Shown piece after piece: positions 9,791 to 20,377 of a DNA stretch of 64,000 nt. Positions within the stretch are counted from its first letter, which is position 1; each line of letters opens with the position of its first letter. Made by a program: the position numbers and the translations under genes. Source of the stretch: Candidatus Acidiferrales bacterium. GTDB taxonomy: Bacteria; Acidobacteriota; Terriglobia; Acidiferrales; UBA7541. The DNA is taken from positions 149,759 to 213,758 of the forward strand of contig CAVTFW010000005.1 of NCBI GenBank assembly GCA_963734105.1, in the 5' to 3' direction. The notes beneath the pieces are model-generated. The model searched no databases. It was not told the origin of the DNA and saw only the letters and a list, made by a program, of their open reading frames with translations.

Positions 9791-11113
9791 ATGCCTACCC
9801 TTGCCCGCAAGCTGAGCCTGTGGAACTATTTCGCGCTCGGCTTCGGCACGATGATCGGCACGGGCTGGGTCGTGATGATGAACGATTGGCTGGGCCGCGG
9901 CGGCCCGCTCGGGGCGGTGCTCGGGTTCGCGATTGGCGGGCTACTGCTTCTTCCCGTGAGCTACATCTACGGCGAATGGGTGAAGCGATTGCCGGACGCC
10001 TCGGGCGAAGCGGCTTACACCGCGCAGGTTTTCCCGCCGTTTGTCAGCTACTTCACCGGCTGGATCATGCTGCTCGCGTATTTCATCGTGTGCCCGTGGG
10101 AAGCTGTTGCGCTGGGCAAGCTCGCGGCCTATATCTTCCCGCAACTGGATACCATCGAACTTTATCGCGTGGCGGATCAGCCGGTTTTTCTCCCGCGCCT
10201 TTTGCTCGGACTCGCCCTCACGCTGTTCCTTTCCTACCTAAACTATCGCGGCATTCGAGCCAGCGCCGTTTTTCAGAATTGGGCGACCTCCGCCGTATTG
10301 ATCGTTTTTCTTTTCCTGGTGGCCGTGAGCGCGCGCACGGGCTCCGCCCTTAATTTCAAGCCGCTCTTCAGCCACGCGCCGCTACTCTCCATTCTGCTCA
10401 CGCTGCAGATTGTTCCATACTTCCTGACGGGATTTGAGTCGGTTCCAAAAGCGGCGGAGGAATCGCATCCCGGATTTCCACCTGGCGATTTTTTCAAGGG
10501 CATCGCTCTGGCGCTTCTGGTGGGCGCCGGTTTCTACGTGCTGGCGGTGGGAGCGGTCTCGCACATCGCGCCGTGGCAATCGGTGCTGGGAAAACGCTTC
10601 GCGACGGCCACCGCGTTTGAGCTGGGCACGCACTCGGTCTGGCTTGTGCGGCTGATCTTCGGCATGACGTTGGTAGCGCTATTTCAAGTGTTCAACGGCA
10701 ATTTCGTTGCGTCTACCCGGCTGCTGTTTGCCTTTGGCCGCAAGGGGACCATCCCAGGAATGTTCGCCACGGTCCATCCCAATCATTTGACGCCCACCGT
10801 GGCCATCGCAGTTGTTACCGTCGCGACGTTGGTCGGCCTGCTGCTGGGCGATGCGCTACTCGTGCCGGTCACGGAGGTAGGCTCAATGGCCTCCGCGTTC
10901 GGCTGGCTGGCCACATGCGCTTCCTTTTATATAGTGGAGAGGGCAGCGCGGCTACGCGTTGTCGCCGGTCTGGGCATTGCCGTGTCCCTGTCGCTCGTGT
11001 TGATGAAATGGATCCCCGGCGTCCCCGGGCACTTCACGCTTGCGGAATGGCTCGCGCTGGGCGTCTGGCTCGCGCTCGGCCTGCTGCTTCATGCGCGTTC
11101 GCGCACGGCCTGA
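9791..11113 (+). CDS. APC family amino acid permease
   Basis: GFGTMIGTGW, ASGEAAY, GFESVPKAAEE, ~12 TM. Confidence 0.9.
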   Translation: MPTLARKLSLWNYFALGFGTMIGTGWVVMMNDWLGRGGPLGAVLGFAIGGLLLLPVSYIYGEWVKRLPDASGEAAYTAQVFPPFVSYFTGWIMLLAYFIVCPWEAVALGKLAAYIFPQLDTIELYRVADQPVFLPRLLLGLALTLFLSYLNYRGIRASAVFQNWATSAVLIVFLFLVAVSARTGSALNFKPLFSHAPLLSILLTLQIVPYFLTGFESVPKAAEESHPGFPPGDFFKGIALALLVGAGFYVLAVGAVSHIAPWQSVLGKRFATATAFELGTHSVWLVRLIFGMTLVALFQVFNGNFVASTRLLFAFGRKGTIPGMFATVHPNHLTPTVAIAVVTVATLVGLLLGDALLVPVTEVGSMASAFGWLATCASFYIVERAARLRVVAGLGIAVSLSLVLMKWIPGVPGHFTLAEWLALGVWLALGLLLHARSRTA

Positions 11114-11160
11114 TGCGCGGCGTCGTGTATACTTTTCAAGAGCTGGTTGAACACTGAAGA

Positions 11161-11910
11161 ATGATTCCCTACCTTCATCTGGGGCCGTTGACCCTGCCTA
11201 CATTTGGATTAATGGTTGCACTGGCTTTGATCAGCGCTGCGTATATCCTGCAGGCGGACTTCGATCGCCGCGGGATGAAGGCGGACGCTTTCCTGATGAT
11301 CACCGTCGCCGGGCTCGCGGGCATTTTTGGCGCGAAGCTGTATCATCTGCTTGAAGACCCGGGCGTGTTTTTTGCCGATCCTTGGCCGCTGCTGCTCAGC
11401 CGCTATGGGTTCGCGTGGTTCGGTGGATTTCTCGGCGGGTTCGGTGCGATGCTGCTGCTCGGCTGGCGCGCTAAGCTGCCGCTGCTGGAGTTTCTCGATG
11501 CCTGTTCGCCTGCGGCGGCGTTCGGCTACGGAATCGGGCGCATCGGCTGCTTTCTTTCCGGCGACGGCGATTACGGCAAGCCGACGTCGCTGCCCTGGGG
11601 CATGAGCTTTCCGAACGGCGTTGTGCCCACAACGGAGCGCGTGCATCCGGCCCCGCTCTACGAACTGATCATCTGGTGTGCGATTGGCGCATTTTTGTGG
11701 CACATGGGCACGAAGGCGCTGAAGGGATCCGAGGTCAGGGGCGAGATTTTTTGCAATTACTTGATCCTTACCGGCGTGGCGCGTTTCCTGGTGGAGATCA
11801 TTCGCATCAACCCGCCCTGGATTTTCGGCATGTCCAATGCGCAAGTCGCCAGCGTGGCGTCCGTCCTTGCCGGCGCGGTGCTTCTCTGGCGCATCAAAAG
11901 CCAAGCCTGA
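11161..11910 (+). CDS. lgt: Prolipoprotein diacylglyceryl transferase
   Basis: GFAWFGG, GRIGCFLSGDGDYG, VHPAPLYE, RFLVEIIR. Confidence 0.88.
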   Translation: MIPYLHLGPLTLPTFGLMVALALISAAYILQADFDRRGMKADAFLMITVAGLAGIFGAKLYHLLEDPGVFFADPWPLLLSRYGFAWFGGFLGGFGAMLLLGWRAKLPLLEFLDACSPAAAFGYGIGRIGCFLSGDGDYGKPTSLPWGMSFPNGVVPTTERVHPAPLYELIIWCAIGAFLWHMGTKALKGSEVRGEIFCNYLILTGVARFLVEIIRINPPWIFGMSNAQVASVASVLAGAVLLWRIKSQA

Positions 11911-11979
11911 GCGTTTAGCTTGGCACTTCCGTGTTCACGAATGCGAAGCGGGGGAAACCACCTGTATCGGAGAGGTTCG

Positions 11980-13467
11980 ATGCCAATCGGCGGCGAAAAC
12001 GCAGCATCTGCGCAGGATTCAGAGCGCCGACAAGTCGGTGCGGCAACCAAGGGAACTCCTGCGGACGATATTCGAATTCATGCCGCGCGCTTCTTGGTGC
12101 TGGCGCTCCTGTCTGCCTTGCTGCTCTTTCCGTCGCTCCGCAGGCCAGGTCTGGCAGGATATGATGACGCTTACTTCGCTCATGAAGGCAAGGAAATGGT
12201 GCGCACGGGAGATTGGTGGAATGTTCGTCTCAACGGCGACCTGAATTTCGAGCACCCGCCTCTGTTTCTTTGGCTCGAAGCCGCCTCGTTCAGGCTTTTC
12301 GGGATAAACGATGCCGCGGCGAAGTTCCCGTCCGCCCTGCTCGGTTTCGGGACGATCTTGCTGCTGTACTTTTTGACGCGAGAGCTGACCGGCCAGCCTT
12401 GGCTCTCCCTGCTGGCAATGCTCGTCCTTGCATCGACACAGTTTTTTCTGAAGAACGCCACTCATGCCATGACCGATGTGCCCTTCACGTTTTTTTTCAC
12501 CCTGGCGATTTTCTTTTACCTGAAGGGGCTAAAGAACGACGTGTACTTGGCACTTTTGGGCTTGCCGGTAGGCCTGGCACTGCTCACCCGGTCGGTGATT
12601 GGATTTCTGGCGCTCGGCATTATCGTTCTTCACCTAATTTTGACGAAGCGGTACAAACTATTGCGGTCCCCGTGGCTTATTCTGGGCGTGGTGCTCGCTC
12701 TCGCGCTCCCTTCCATCTGGTATGTCTCGCAATATCGTCTGCACGGCGCCGGGTCTTTCGCTTCCCATCTACTCTTTGTCAAAAGCAAGATTCACGTGGA
12801 ATCCGGATCCACCGGCGGGACAACCATCTGGAACTACCCAATGGCATTGCTGAAGTACTATTGGCCCTGGCTGCCTTTTCTTATTGTGGGACTCTGGATG
12901 GAAGTTCGCGCCGCGGTAAGTGAGCGGGATCAGGCCGCAGTCTTATTGATCGTTTGGGTGCTTCTCGTTCTGGTCCCCTTCAGTTTCGTCCAGACACGGT
13001 ATCCGCGCTACATCATGCCGGTGTTTCCGGCTTTCTCCATCCTTGCGGCAATCGCCTCAGACCCCTGGATTCCCACTGCGCGCAGAAAGATTTTTTTGAA
13101 CTCGGCTTGCGCCATCGGGTGCCTGGCGGTTTGCCTGTCCCTCCTGTTCCCGCCGAAGCCGCGCGCCACCGATATAATTTCGCTTGTGCCCGTTGCGGAG
13201 GCGAATACTTCCCCCGATCAACGCGTGCTGATTTATTCGTATGAAGACGGGCGTTGCGATTACCTGGACCAGTTTATTTGGTACAGCAGCCGCTACGCCG
13301 AGCTTCCCGCAAATTTGGATGACCTGGCGGCGAAACTGCTTGGAAGTGGGAACGCGACGGTCATCATCGACAAGCAGTCTTACAGTAAATTGCGGAGTCT
13401 AATTCCAGGGAAAACTCCCCAAGTCGTTGGTCAGTCGGAAAATTTGGTTTGTTTTCGCACCCACTGA
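11980..13467 (+). CDS. ArnT/PMT-type (GT-C, family 39/83-like) glycosyltransferase
   Basis: YDDAYFA..KEMVRTGDW, FEHPPLFLWL, RYPRYIMP, multi-TM. Confidence 0.85.
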   Translation: MPIGGENAASAQDSERRQVGAATKGTPADDIRIHAARFLVLALLSALLLFPSLRRPGLAGYDDAYFAHEGKEMVRTGDWWNVRLNGDLNFEHPPLFLWLEAASFRLFGINDAAAKFPSALLGFGTILLLYFLTRELTGQPWLSLLAMLVLASTQFFLKNATHAMTDVPFTFFFTLAIFFYLKGLKNDVYLALLGLPVGLALLTRSVIGFLALGIIVLHLILTKRYKLLRSPWLILGVVLALALPSIWYVSQYRLHGAGSFASHLLFVKSKIHVESGSTGGTTIWNYPMALLKYYWPWLPFLIVGLWMEVRAAVSERDQAAVLLIVWVLLVLVPFSFVQTRYPRYIMPVFPAFSILAAIASDPWIPTARRKIFLNSACAIGCLAVCLSLLFPPKPRATDIISLVPVAEANTSPDQRVLIYSYEDGRCDYLDQFIWYSSRYAELPANLDDLAAKLLGSGNATVIIDKQSYSKLRSLIPGKTPQVVGQSENLVCFRTH

Positions 13468-13573
13468 GCCTGCTGTGCCTGCACGTGCCCTATGCGAGCC
13501 ATGCGCTGAAATTCCCTGTATTCGCGATCCCGGAGAATTACTTGCAGTCGCCTAGCGATGTAATGAGCCAATC

Positions 13574-16243
13574 CTATTCCAGCATTTGGCGGAGGACGTA
13601 CTGCAATATGCCGCCGTGCCGGTAATAGGAGACTTCTTCGGGGGTATCGACGCGGATGCGGGCGGTGAAGGTTTTCAGTTTGCCGTCGAAGGATCTCGCG
13701 CGGACCGTAGCTTCCTTGCGTGGCGTGAGCGTGGCGACGCCTTCGACGTCGAAGACTTCGTGGCCGGTTAGCCCGAGGGATTCGCGGTCTTCTCCCGGCT
13801 TGAATTCGAGCGGGAGGACGCCCATTCCCACCAGGTTGCTACGGTGGATGCGCTCGTAGCTCTCCGCGAGGACCGCGCGGATGCCCAGCAGGCGCGTCCC
13901 CTTAGCGGCCCAGTCGCGCGAGGAGCCGGAGCCATACTCTTTTCCCGCGATCACCACCAGTGGCACTCCCTCTTCGCGGTATTTCACGGAGGCGTCGTAA
14001 ATGAAGAGCTTCTCGCCGTCGGGCAAATGCAACGTCCAGCTTCCTTCGGTTCCCGGTGCGAGCTGGTTGCGCAAGCGAATGTTGGCAAACGTACCGCGCA
14101 TCATCACTTCATGATTGCCGCGGCGCGCGCCGTAGGAATTGAATTCGTAGGGCTTCACGCCATGTGCAATCAGGTATTTTCCGGCCGGTGAATCCACGGC
14201 AATCGAACCGGCCGGGGAGATGTGGTCGGTGGTCACGCTGTCGCCGAGCACAGCCAAAACGCGCGCGCCGTGAATATCCGCGAGCGCAGCGGGATTCTTT
14301 GGCATATTCTCGAAATAGGGCGGCAACTTAATGTACGTGGAGTTGGCATCCCATTTGTACAGGTCGCCTTCTGGCACCGACATGCCCTTCCAACGCGCGT
14401 CGCCCTCAAACACCTCGCTATACTGCTTGCGGTACTGCTCCGTGGAAACGGCCGCGCGCACCGTGGATTCCACTTCCTGCGGCGTAGGCCAAATCTCTCG
14501 CAGATAAACGGGCTTCCCCGCGGTATCGGTTCCCAATGATTCCGTGGTCAGGTCCATATCCATGCGCCCCGCAAGCGCATACGCCACCACCAGCGGCGGC
14601 GAAGCGAGATAGTTCGCGCGCACCAGAGGATGCACGCGTCCTTCAAAATTGCGGTTGCCGCTCAGCACCGCCACCGCGACCATATTGTTTTCCTTGATCG
14701 CCGCGCCGATCGCCTCCGGCAGCGGGCCGCTATTGCCGATGCACGTCGTGCAGCCGTATCCCACCAGGTGAAACTTCAGCTTTTCGAGGTAGGACATCAG
14801 GCCGGACGCCTGCAAATAGTCGGTCACAACCTTTGAACCGGGCGCCAGGCTGGTTTTCACCCACGGCTTCACGTGCAGCCCGCGCTCCACCGCTTTTTTC
14901 GCCAGCAGGCCCGCGCCGAGCATGAGCGAAGGATTCGACGTGTTCGTACAGCTGGTGATCGCCGCAATGACGACCGCGCCGCTCGAGAGCGGGAACGAAT
15001 CGCCATTGTTCTTCAGGGCGACCTCGGCGCAGTGCGCGCCCTCGACCACTTTCGTGAACGAGGACTTCGCATTCTTCAGCGCGACGCGATCCTGCGGACG
15101 CTTCGGGCCCGCGACCGTCGGTTCGATGCTGCCCAAATCCAGCTCCAATTTGTCGCTGAACAGCGGATCCGGCGTGGCATCGGTGCGGAAAAGCGTCTGC
15201 TCCTTGCAGTATGCTTCCACCAGCGCAATCTGCTCGTGGCTGCGCGCGGTGAAATGCAGATACGCCAGCGTTTCCTTGTCCACGGGGAAGTAGCCCATGG
15301 TTGCGCCGTATTCCGGAGCCATGTTGGCGATGGTGGCGCGGTCCGGCACGCTCAGGCTGGAAAGCCCGGAGCCGTAAAACTCGACGAATTTTCCGACCAC
15401 GCCCTTCTTGCGCAGCATTTCCGTGACGGTGAGAACCAGATCCGTCGCCGTCGCGCCTTCCGGCAATCGCCCGTGCAGTTTGAAGCCCAGTACCTCGGGC
15501 ACCAGCATCGACAGCGGCTGGCCCAGCATCGCGGCCTCTGCTTCAATGCCTCCGACTCCCCAGCCGAATACGCCGAGCGAGTTCACCATGGTCGTGTGCG
15601 AATCCGTGCCAACCAACGAATCGGGATACGCTTCCAGGTGATTTCCATTAGGCACCCCGCAAACCACGCGCGCGAGGTATTCGATGTTTACTTGATGGCA
15701 GATGCCGGTGTCCGGCGGCACAACCTTGAAATTTCGGAACGCGTTCTGGCCCCAGCGCAGAAACTGGTAGCGCTCGATGTTGCGCTGGAACTCCAGCTCG
15801 GCGTTCAGGCCGAAGGATTCGCCCTTGCCGAAGCTGTCCACCTGGACGGAGTGGTCGATCACCAATTCGGCGGGAAACAGCGGATTGATGCGCTTGGGAT
15901 TGCCGCCGAGTTTCTGCATGGCCTCGCGCATGGTGGCTAAGTCGACGACGGCGGGCACGCCCGTGAAATCCTGCAAGAGCACGCGCGCCGGCATAAAGGC
16001 GGTCTCTTTTTGCGGGCCGTTCGGCGTCCATTTCGCCAGGTCGCGGATATCCTCGGCATGAACGAAGCGGCCGTCCTCGCAGCGAAGCAGGTTTTCAAGA
16101 AGGATGCGCAAGGAGAAGGGAAGTTTGCCGATGGAACCCAGGCCCTGCTTTTCCAGCAATTCGAAACGGTAAATTTCAAAGACCTGCGCGCCAACGCTGA
16201 GTTTATCCCGTGCGCTGAAGGAGTTTGCTGCGGAGATGGGCAT
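13574..16243 (-). CDS. acnA: Aconitate hydratase A
   Basis: [52 protein letters not shown]. Confidence 0.98.
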   Translation of the reverse strand: MPISAANSFSARDKLSVGAQVFEIYRFELLEKQGLGSIGKLPFSLRILLENLLRCEDGRFVHAEDIRDLAKWTPNGPQKETAFMPARVLLQDFTGVPAVVDLATMREAMQKLGGNPKRINPLFPAELVIDHSVQVDSFGKGESFGLNAELEFQRNIERYQFLRWGQNAFRNFKVVPPDTGICHQVNIEYLARVVCGVPNGNHLEAYPDSLVGTDSHTTMVNSLGVFGWGVGGIEAEAAMLGQPLSMLVPEVLGFKLHGRLPEGATATDLVLTVTEMLRKKGVVGKFVEFYGSGLSSLSVPDRATIANMAPEYGATMGYFPVDKETLAYLHFTARSHEQIALVEAYCKEQTLFRTDATPDPLFSDKLELDLGSIEPTVAGPKRPQDRVALKNAKSSFTKVVEGAHCAEVALKNNGDSFPLSSGAVVIAAITSCTNTSNPSLMLGAGLLAKKAVERGLHVKPWVKTSLAPGSKVVTDYLQASGLMSYLEKLKFHLVGYGCTTCIGNSGPLPEAIGAAIKENNMVAVAVLSGNRNFEGRVHPLVRANYLASPPLVVAYALAGRMDMDLTTESLGTDTAGKPVYLREIWPTPQEVESTVRAAVSTEQYRKQYSEVFEGDARWKGMSVPEGDLYKWDANSTYIKLPPYFENMPKNPAALADIHGARVLAVLGDSVTTDHISPAGSIAVDSPAGKYLIAHGVKPYEFNSYGARRGNHEVMMRGTFANIRLRNQLAPGTEGSWTLHLPDGEKLFIYDASVKYREEGVPLVVIAGKEYGSGSSRDWAAKGTRLLGIRAVLAESYERIHRSNLVGMGVLPLEFKPGEDRESLGLTGHEVFDVEGVATLTPRKEATVRARSFDGKLKTFTARIRVDTPEEVSYYRHGGILQYVLRQMLE

Positions 16244-16313
16244 TCTCGACTTCCTTTCGATGGAAGGCTGAATGTCTATGATAACCGAAATCGCGGGTTG
16301 CAGCGGAGGCGGC

Positions 16314-16319
16314 TATAAT
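16314..16319 (+). promoter_or_regulatory. Candidate -10 box for a leaderless or near-leaderless radical SAM transcript
   Basis: TATAAT 8 nt before the GTG start; no SD in between. Confidence 0.45.
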
Positions 16320-16327
16320 GAAACATC

Positions 16328-17774
16328 GTGAAGATCGTCCTGATTTCGACGTACGAACTGGGACGGCAGCCGTTTGGGCTGGCTTCGCCGGCGGCGTGGC
16401 TGCGCAAGCGCGGCCACGCGGTTACCTGCCAGGACCTTTCGCGCGATCCGCTGAACGAGGCCGCAATTCGCGAAGCCGCCCTGATTGCATTCTATGTGCC
16501 GATGCACACGGCCACGCGCCTGACCCTGGAACTGCTCGGGCCCATTCGCCGGATCGCTCCCGCGGCGCATCTCTGCGCGTATGGATTGTACGCTTCGCTT
16601 TCCGCCGATATTTTCCACGCCCAGGGAATCGGCAGCCTCCTGGGCGGCGAGTTCGAACAATCGCTGGTCGACCTCGCCGAGCATCTCTCCGGACTCTCCG
16701 CGCTCCCTCAGATTCATCCTTTGGGTTCAAATGTGTCCCTGGCCCGTTTGCGTTTTCAGGTGCCGGACCGCTCCGGCCTTCCGCCGCTGAGCGCATACGC
16801 CCATCTGGTGCTTCCTACGGGCGAGCACCGCGTGGTGGGCTACACCGAGGCGAGCCGCGGCTGCAAGCATCTTTGCCGGCACTGCCCGATCGTGCCGGTG
16901 TATGACGGCGTATTCCGCATCGTGGATCGCGAAGTCGTGCTCGCGGACATTCGCCAGCAGGTGGCGGCCGGCGCGCGGCACATCACGTTTGGCGATCCCG
17001 ATTTTTTCAATGGCGTGGGCCACGCGATTCCGCTTGCGGAAGCGCTGCACCGGGAATTTCCGGAGCTCACATACGACGCCACAATCAAGGTCGAGCATCT
17101 TTTGCAAAATGCGGAGTTGCTCGACACGCTGAAGGCGACCGGTTGCCTCTTTATTGTTTCGGCGGTGGAATCGCTGGATGACGCGGTGCTCGAAAAGCTG
17201 GAGAAAAATCACACCCGGGCGGATTTTTTCCGCGTTGTCGAACAGTGCCGCCACGCCGGGCTCACTTCTCCAGCCAACCTTCGTTCCGTTCACGCCGTGG
17301 ACCACGCTGGATCAGTTGCTGGACCTGTTTGAACAATTATATCGCCTGGACTTGGTGGAAGCGGTGGCGCCTATCCAACTGGCGATTCGCCTGCTCATCC
17401 CTGCCGGCTCGCGCCTGCTCGAATTGGAAGAGGTGCGGCAGATGGTCGGCCCCTTCGACGCCGGAGCGTTCGTCTATCCATGGAAAAACCAGGACCCTGT
17501 AGTGGACCAATTGTGCGAGGAGTTGCAGGAGATTGTTGCGGCCAGCGAAAAACGGAAGCGCGGCCGTTCCGCGACCTTTGAGCAAATGTGGCGCACGATG
17601 AACCAGGCGGCGCGCCGCAATATCGAAGACCGAGCGCAACCTATCCTGGCATCGCGGGCCACGGTCCCGTACCTCAACGAGCCCTGGTATTGTTGAGCCG
17701 AGCCCACGCGGGACCAGTTGGTCCCCATCGCCAGAGCCAAGGAAGCCGTTCGCCAGGTGGAAACGTTTTTGTAG
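16328..17774 (+). CDS. CUAEP-tail radical SAM selenoprotein with N-terminal cobalamin-binding-like domain (one frameshift near 17265; TGA 17694-17696 read as Sec)
   Basis: EASRGCKHLCRHC; HITFGDPDFFN; tail YLNEPWYC-TGA-AEPTRDQLVPIARAKEAVRQVETFL*. Confidence 0.85.
17710..17725 (+). promoter_or_regulatory. Candidate bacterial SECIS hairpin
   Basis: GGGACC-AGTT-GGTCCC perfect 6-bp stem with GU in the loop, starting 13 nt after the in-frame UGA. Confidence 0.7.
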
Positions 17775-17793
17775 CAATGCCACACCCAACTCA

Positions 17794-19111
17794 ATGACCC
17801 CACGAAAGAGAGTCCTGTTGTTTGCCGCCAAGCTGGGTTACCAGACGCGCTCGTTCCAATGCCGCGGCGGAGAAACTCGGCGTCGAGATCGTGTATGTGA
17901 CCGACCGTTGCCATCGACTCGATGATCCCTGGAACGATCGAGCGCTTGCTGTCCATTTCGAAAATGCCGGAAGCTGCGGCAGGCACCGTGCTCGAAGCCC
18001 AACGAGGTGTTGCCGTCGACGGCGTGCTGGCACTGGGCGACCGGCCGACACTTACGGCGGCATACGTCGCGCGCGGGTTGGGGCTGCCGCACAATCATCC
18101 CGCGAGCGTGGAGGCCTGCCGGAGCAAGCTGCGGATGCGGGAGGTGCTGCGCGATGCCGGCGTGCCGGTGCCGTGGTTTCGCAGCGTAGCCCTGGAGCCT
18201 GCGCCGGAGCCATCGCTGCTCGGCATTGCGTATCCCTGCGTGCTCAAGCCGCTTTCGCTTTCCGCGAGTCAAGGCGTGGTGCGCGCGAACAATCGCGAGG
18301 AGTTTACCGCCGGCGCCGCGCGGTTGAAGCGCCTACTGGACTCGCCGGAAATACGCGCGACCCGCGAGCCGCATCTCGATCAAATGCTGGTGGAAGGATA
18401 TCTGGAGGGCAGGGAAGTGGCCGTGGAGGCGCTGCTCACCGAAGGAGTTCCGCGCGTGCTGGCCATTTTCGATAAGCCGGACCCGCTTGAGGGCCCGTAC
18501 TTCGAGGAAACGATCTACGTAACTCCTTCGCAACTCCCGGCAGCAGAGCAGCGCGCCATCCAAGCAATCGCTGCTGCGTGCGGTGCGCGCGCTCGGCCTG
18601 ACGCACGGACCCGTGCACGCGGAATTTCGCCTGAACACGACAGGGTGTTTGGCCCATCGAAGTAGCACCGCGCCCAATCGGCGGCCTCTGCGCGCGTGCG
18701 CTACGTTTTGTTTTGCCTGGCGAAGCGGACACGATCGGCCTGGAAGAATTGCTCCTGCGCCATGCACTGGGGTTGCCGGGCACCGATGCGCCACGCGAAG
18801 CGGATGCGTCTGGCGTGATGATGATCCCGGTGCCAAACAGCGGAATCCTGGAAAGAGTGGAAGGCGTGGAAGCGGCGCAGGCCACGCCGGGGATCACCAG
18901 CCTGGAAATCACAGCGCGTCTCCATGACTTCATCGCCGCGTGGCCGGAAGGCTCGAGCTACCTGGGATTCTTATTTGCGAGAGCCGCCGAACCAGCCGAA
19001 GTGGAAAACGCCCTTCGCGAGGCGCACCGAAAATTGCACTTTACTCTAACGCCGCGCCTGCCCGTCGAGCATCCCGTTACGCACACTGTCCCGCCGGCCG
19101 ATCGTCCCTAA
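17794..19111 (+). CDS. ATP-grasp domain ligase (frameshifted)
   Basis: CRSKLRMREVL, YPCVLKPLSLSASQGVVRAN, LVEGYLEGREVAVE, GPVHAEFR, RPIGGLC. Confidence 0.85.
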
Positions 19112-19184
19112 ACAGGAAAGGCGCCCCGATGTCCGAGACGCCCAAATTTAAAATCGGAATCACTGACAACTCGAAAGCCCGCCT

Positions 19185-19517
19185 TCAGCCCTTTGCCTTT
19201 GGCGCGACGTACCCTTCCGGCAGCTTTGCGCCCTCGCCGAAGAAAAACTGTTCCATCTGCTCTTCCATGATTTTCTGGGAATTCGGGTCCAGGGGATTCA
19301 GGCGATATTCGTTCATCACCATTTTGGAATGTTCGATCCAGAGCTTCCAGGCATCCTTCGAAACATTCTCGTACACGCGCTTGCCGAGTTCGCCTCTCCA
19401 GGGCACGCGGTCCAGCCCCGGCAGATCCTTGTCGAATTTCACGCAATGCACCATCCGCGTACCCGGCTTCACGGGTTCGCTTGGAGCTGGCGTTGGTTCA
19501 CACGAATCGTTAGCCAT
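19185..19517 (-). CDS. yggX: Fe(II)-trafficking / oxidative damage protection protein
   Basis: RMVHCVKF..LPGL..GELGKRVYENVSKDAW..W....MVMNEYRLN. Confidence 0.9.
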   Translation of the reverse strand: MANDSCEPTPAPSEPVKPGTRMVHCVKFDKDLPGLDRVPWRGELGKRVYENVSKDAWKLWIEHSKMVMNEYRLNPLDPNSQKIMEEQMEQFFFGEGAKLPEGYVAPKAKG

Positions 19518-19709
19518 GCATTCCTCCCCACCGGCTTTCATTGTCCGTCACCTATCTTTCGCTTGCAATAGAGCCTTGAAGTTCGTAGCCTACGAAGTCC
19601 AGGTTCGAGCAATCCGTTCAACGCTTCACCGCCTGAGCCCGGCGTTTTTTTCTCTTCCGTCCCGTGCCCTGATCTGATATTTCTCGATTGCCTTTCCCGG
19701 AGGCCTTTT

Positions 19710-20320
19710 GTGCCAGAGATAACCACGCTGTTCTGGGACATTGGCGGTGTAATCCTCACCAACGGCTGGGACCATGATTCCCGAATGAGGCCGCGAAGAT
19801 GTTCGGCTTGGACTGGGAGGAGTTCCGCGAGCGCCATGACTTGTCGTTTCCCGCGTTCGATGCCGGCCAGATCACCCTCAACCAGTATCTGGACCGCACC
19901 CTTTTTTACCGCGCCCGGCCCTTCACCCGCGAAGAGTTCACCGCCTTCATGTTTGCCCAGTCCAAGGAGTACCCGGAAACGCACGCCGTGCTCTCGGATG
20001 TGGCGCGCAGCGGGAAGTATTATGTCGCGTCCATCAATAACGAGCCGCGGGAACTCAATGACTACCGCATTGAGGCCTTCGGCCTGCGCAGGGATTTCCA
20101 GGCGTTTTTCAGCTCCTGCTATCTGAGCGCGCGCAAGCCAGAGGAGACCATTTACCGGATCGCTCTGGAGGTCTCGCAACGTCCCGCGGAAAGCGCTGTC
20201 TTCATCGACGATCGCACGTTGAACCTGGAAAATCCCCGGCGGCTGGGCATGCAAGTGATTCACCACCAAAACGCCAAGCAGTTGCGCGCCGACCTGCAAT
20301 CCCTGGGGATTAAGGTATAG
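19710..20320 (+). CDS. HAD family phosphatase (frameshifted near 19790)
   Basis: LFWDIGGVIL, RKPEETIY, VFIDD. Confidence 0.85.
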
Positions 20321-20377
20321 TTCTTTGGCGGGCGGTTCGGCATCCAATTCTTGTTTTCGCCTTCCCCGGAGGAATAC

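Noticed and set aside
14873-15940. Long antisense ORFs (also 24925-25974, 21911-22822, 1045-2100 and others)
   Set aside because: They overlap well-supported genes on the opposite strand, as expected in high-GC DNA
19570-19655. Possible ncRNA or tRNA fragment (TTCGTAG-C-CTACGAA palindrome, GGTTCGA)
   Set aside because: No cloverleaf or recognisable riboswitch consensus; could be an operator but unsupported
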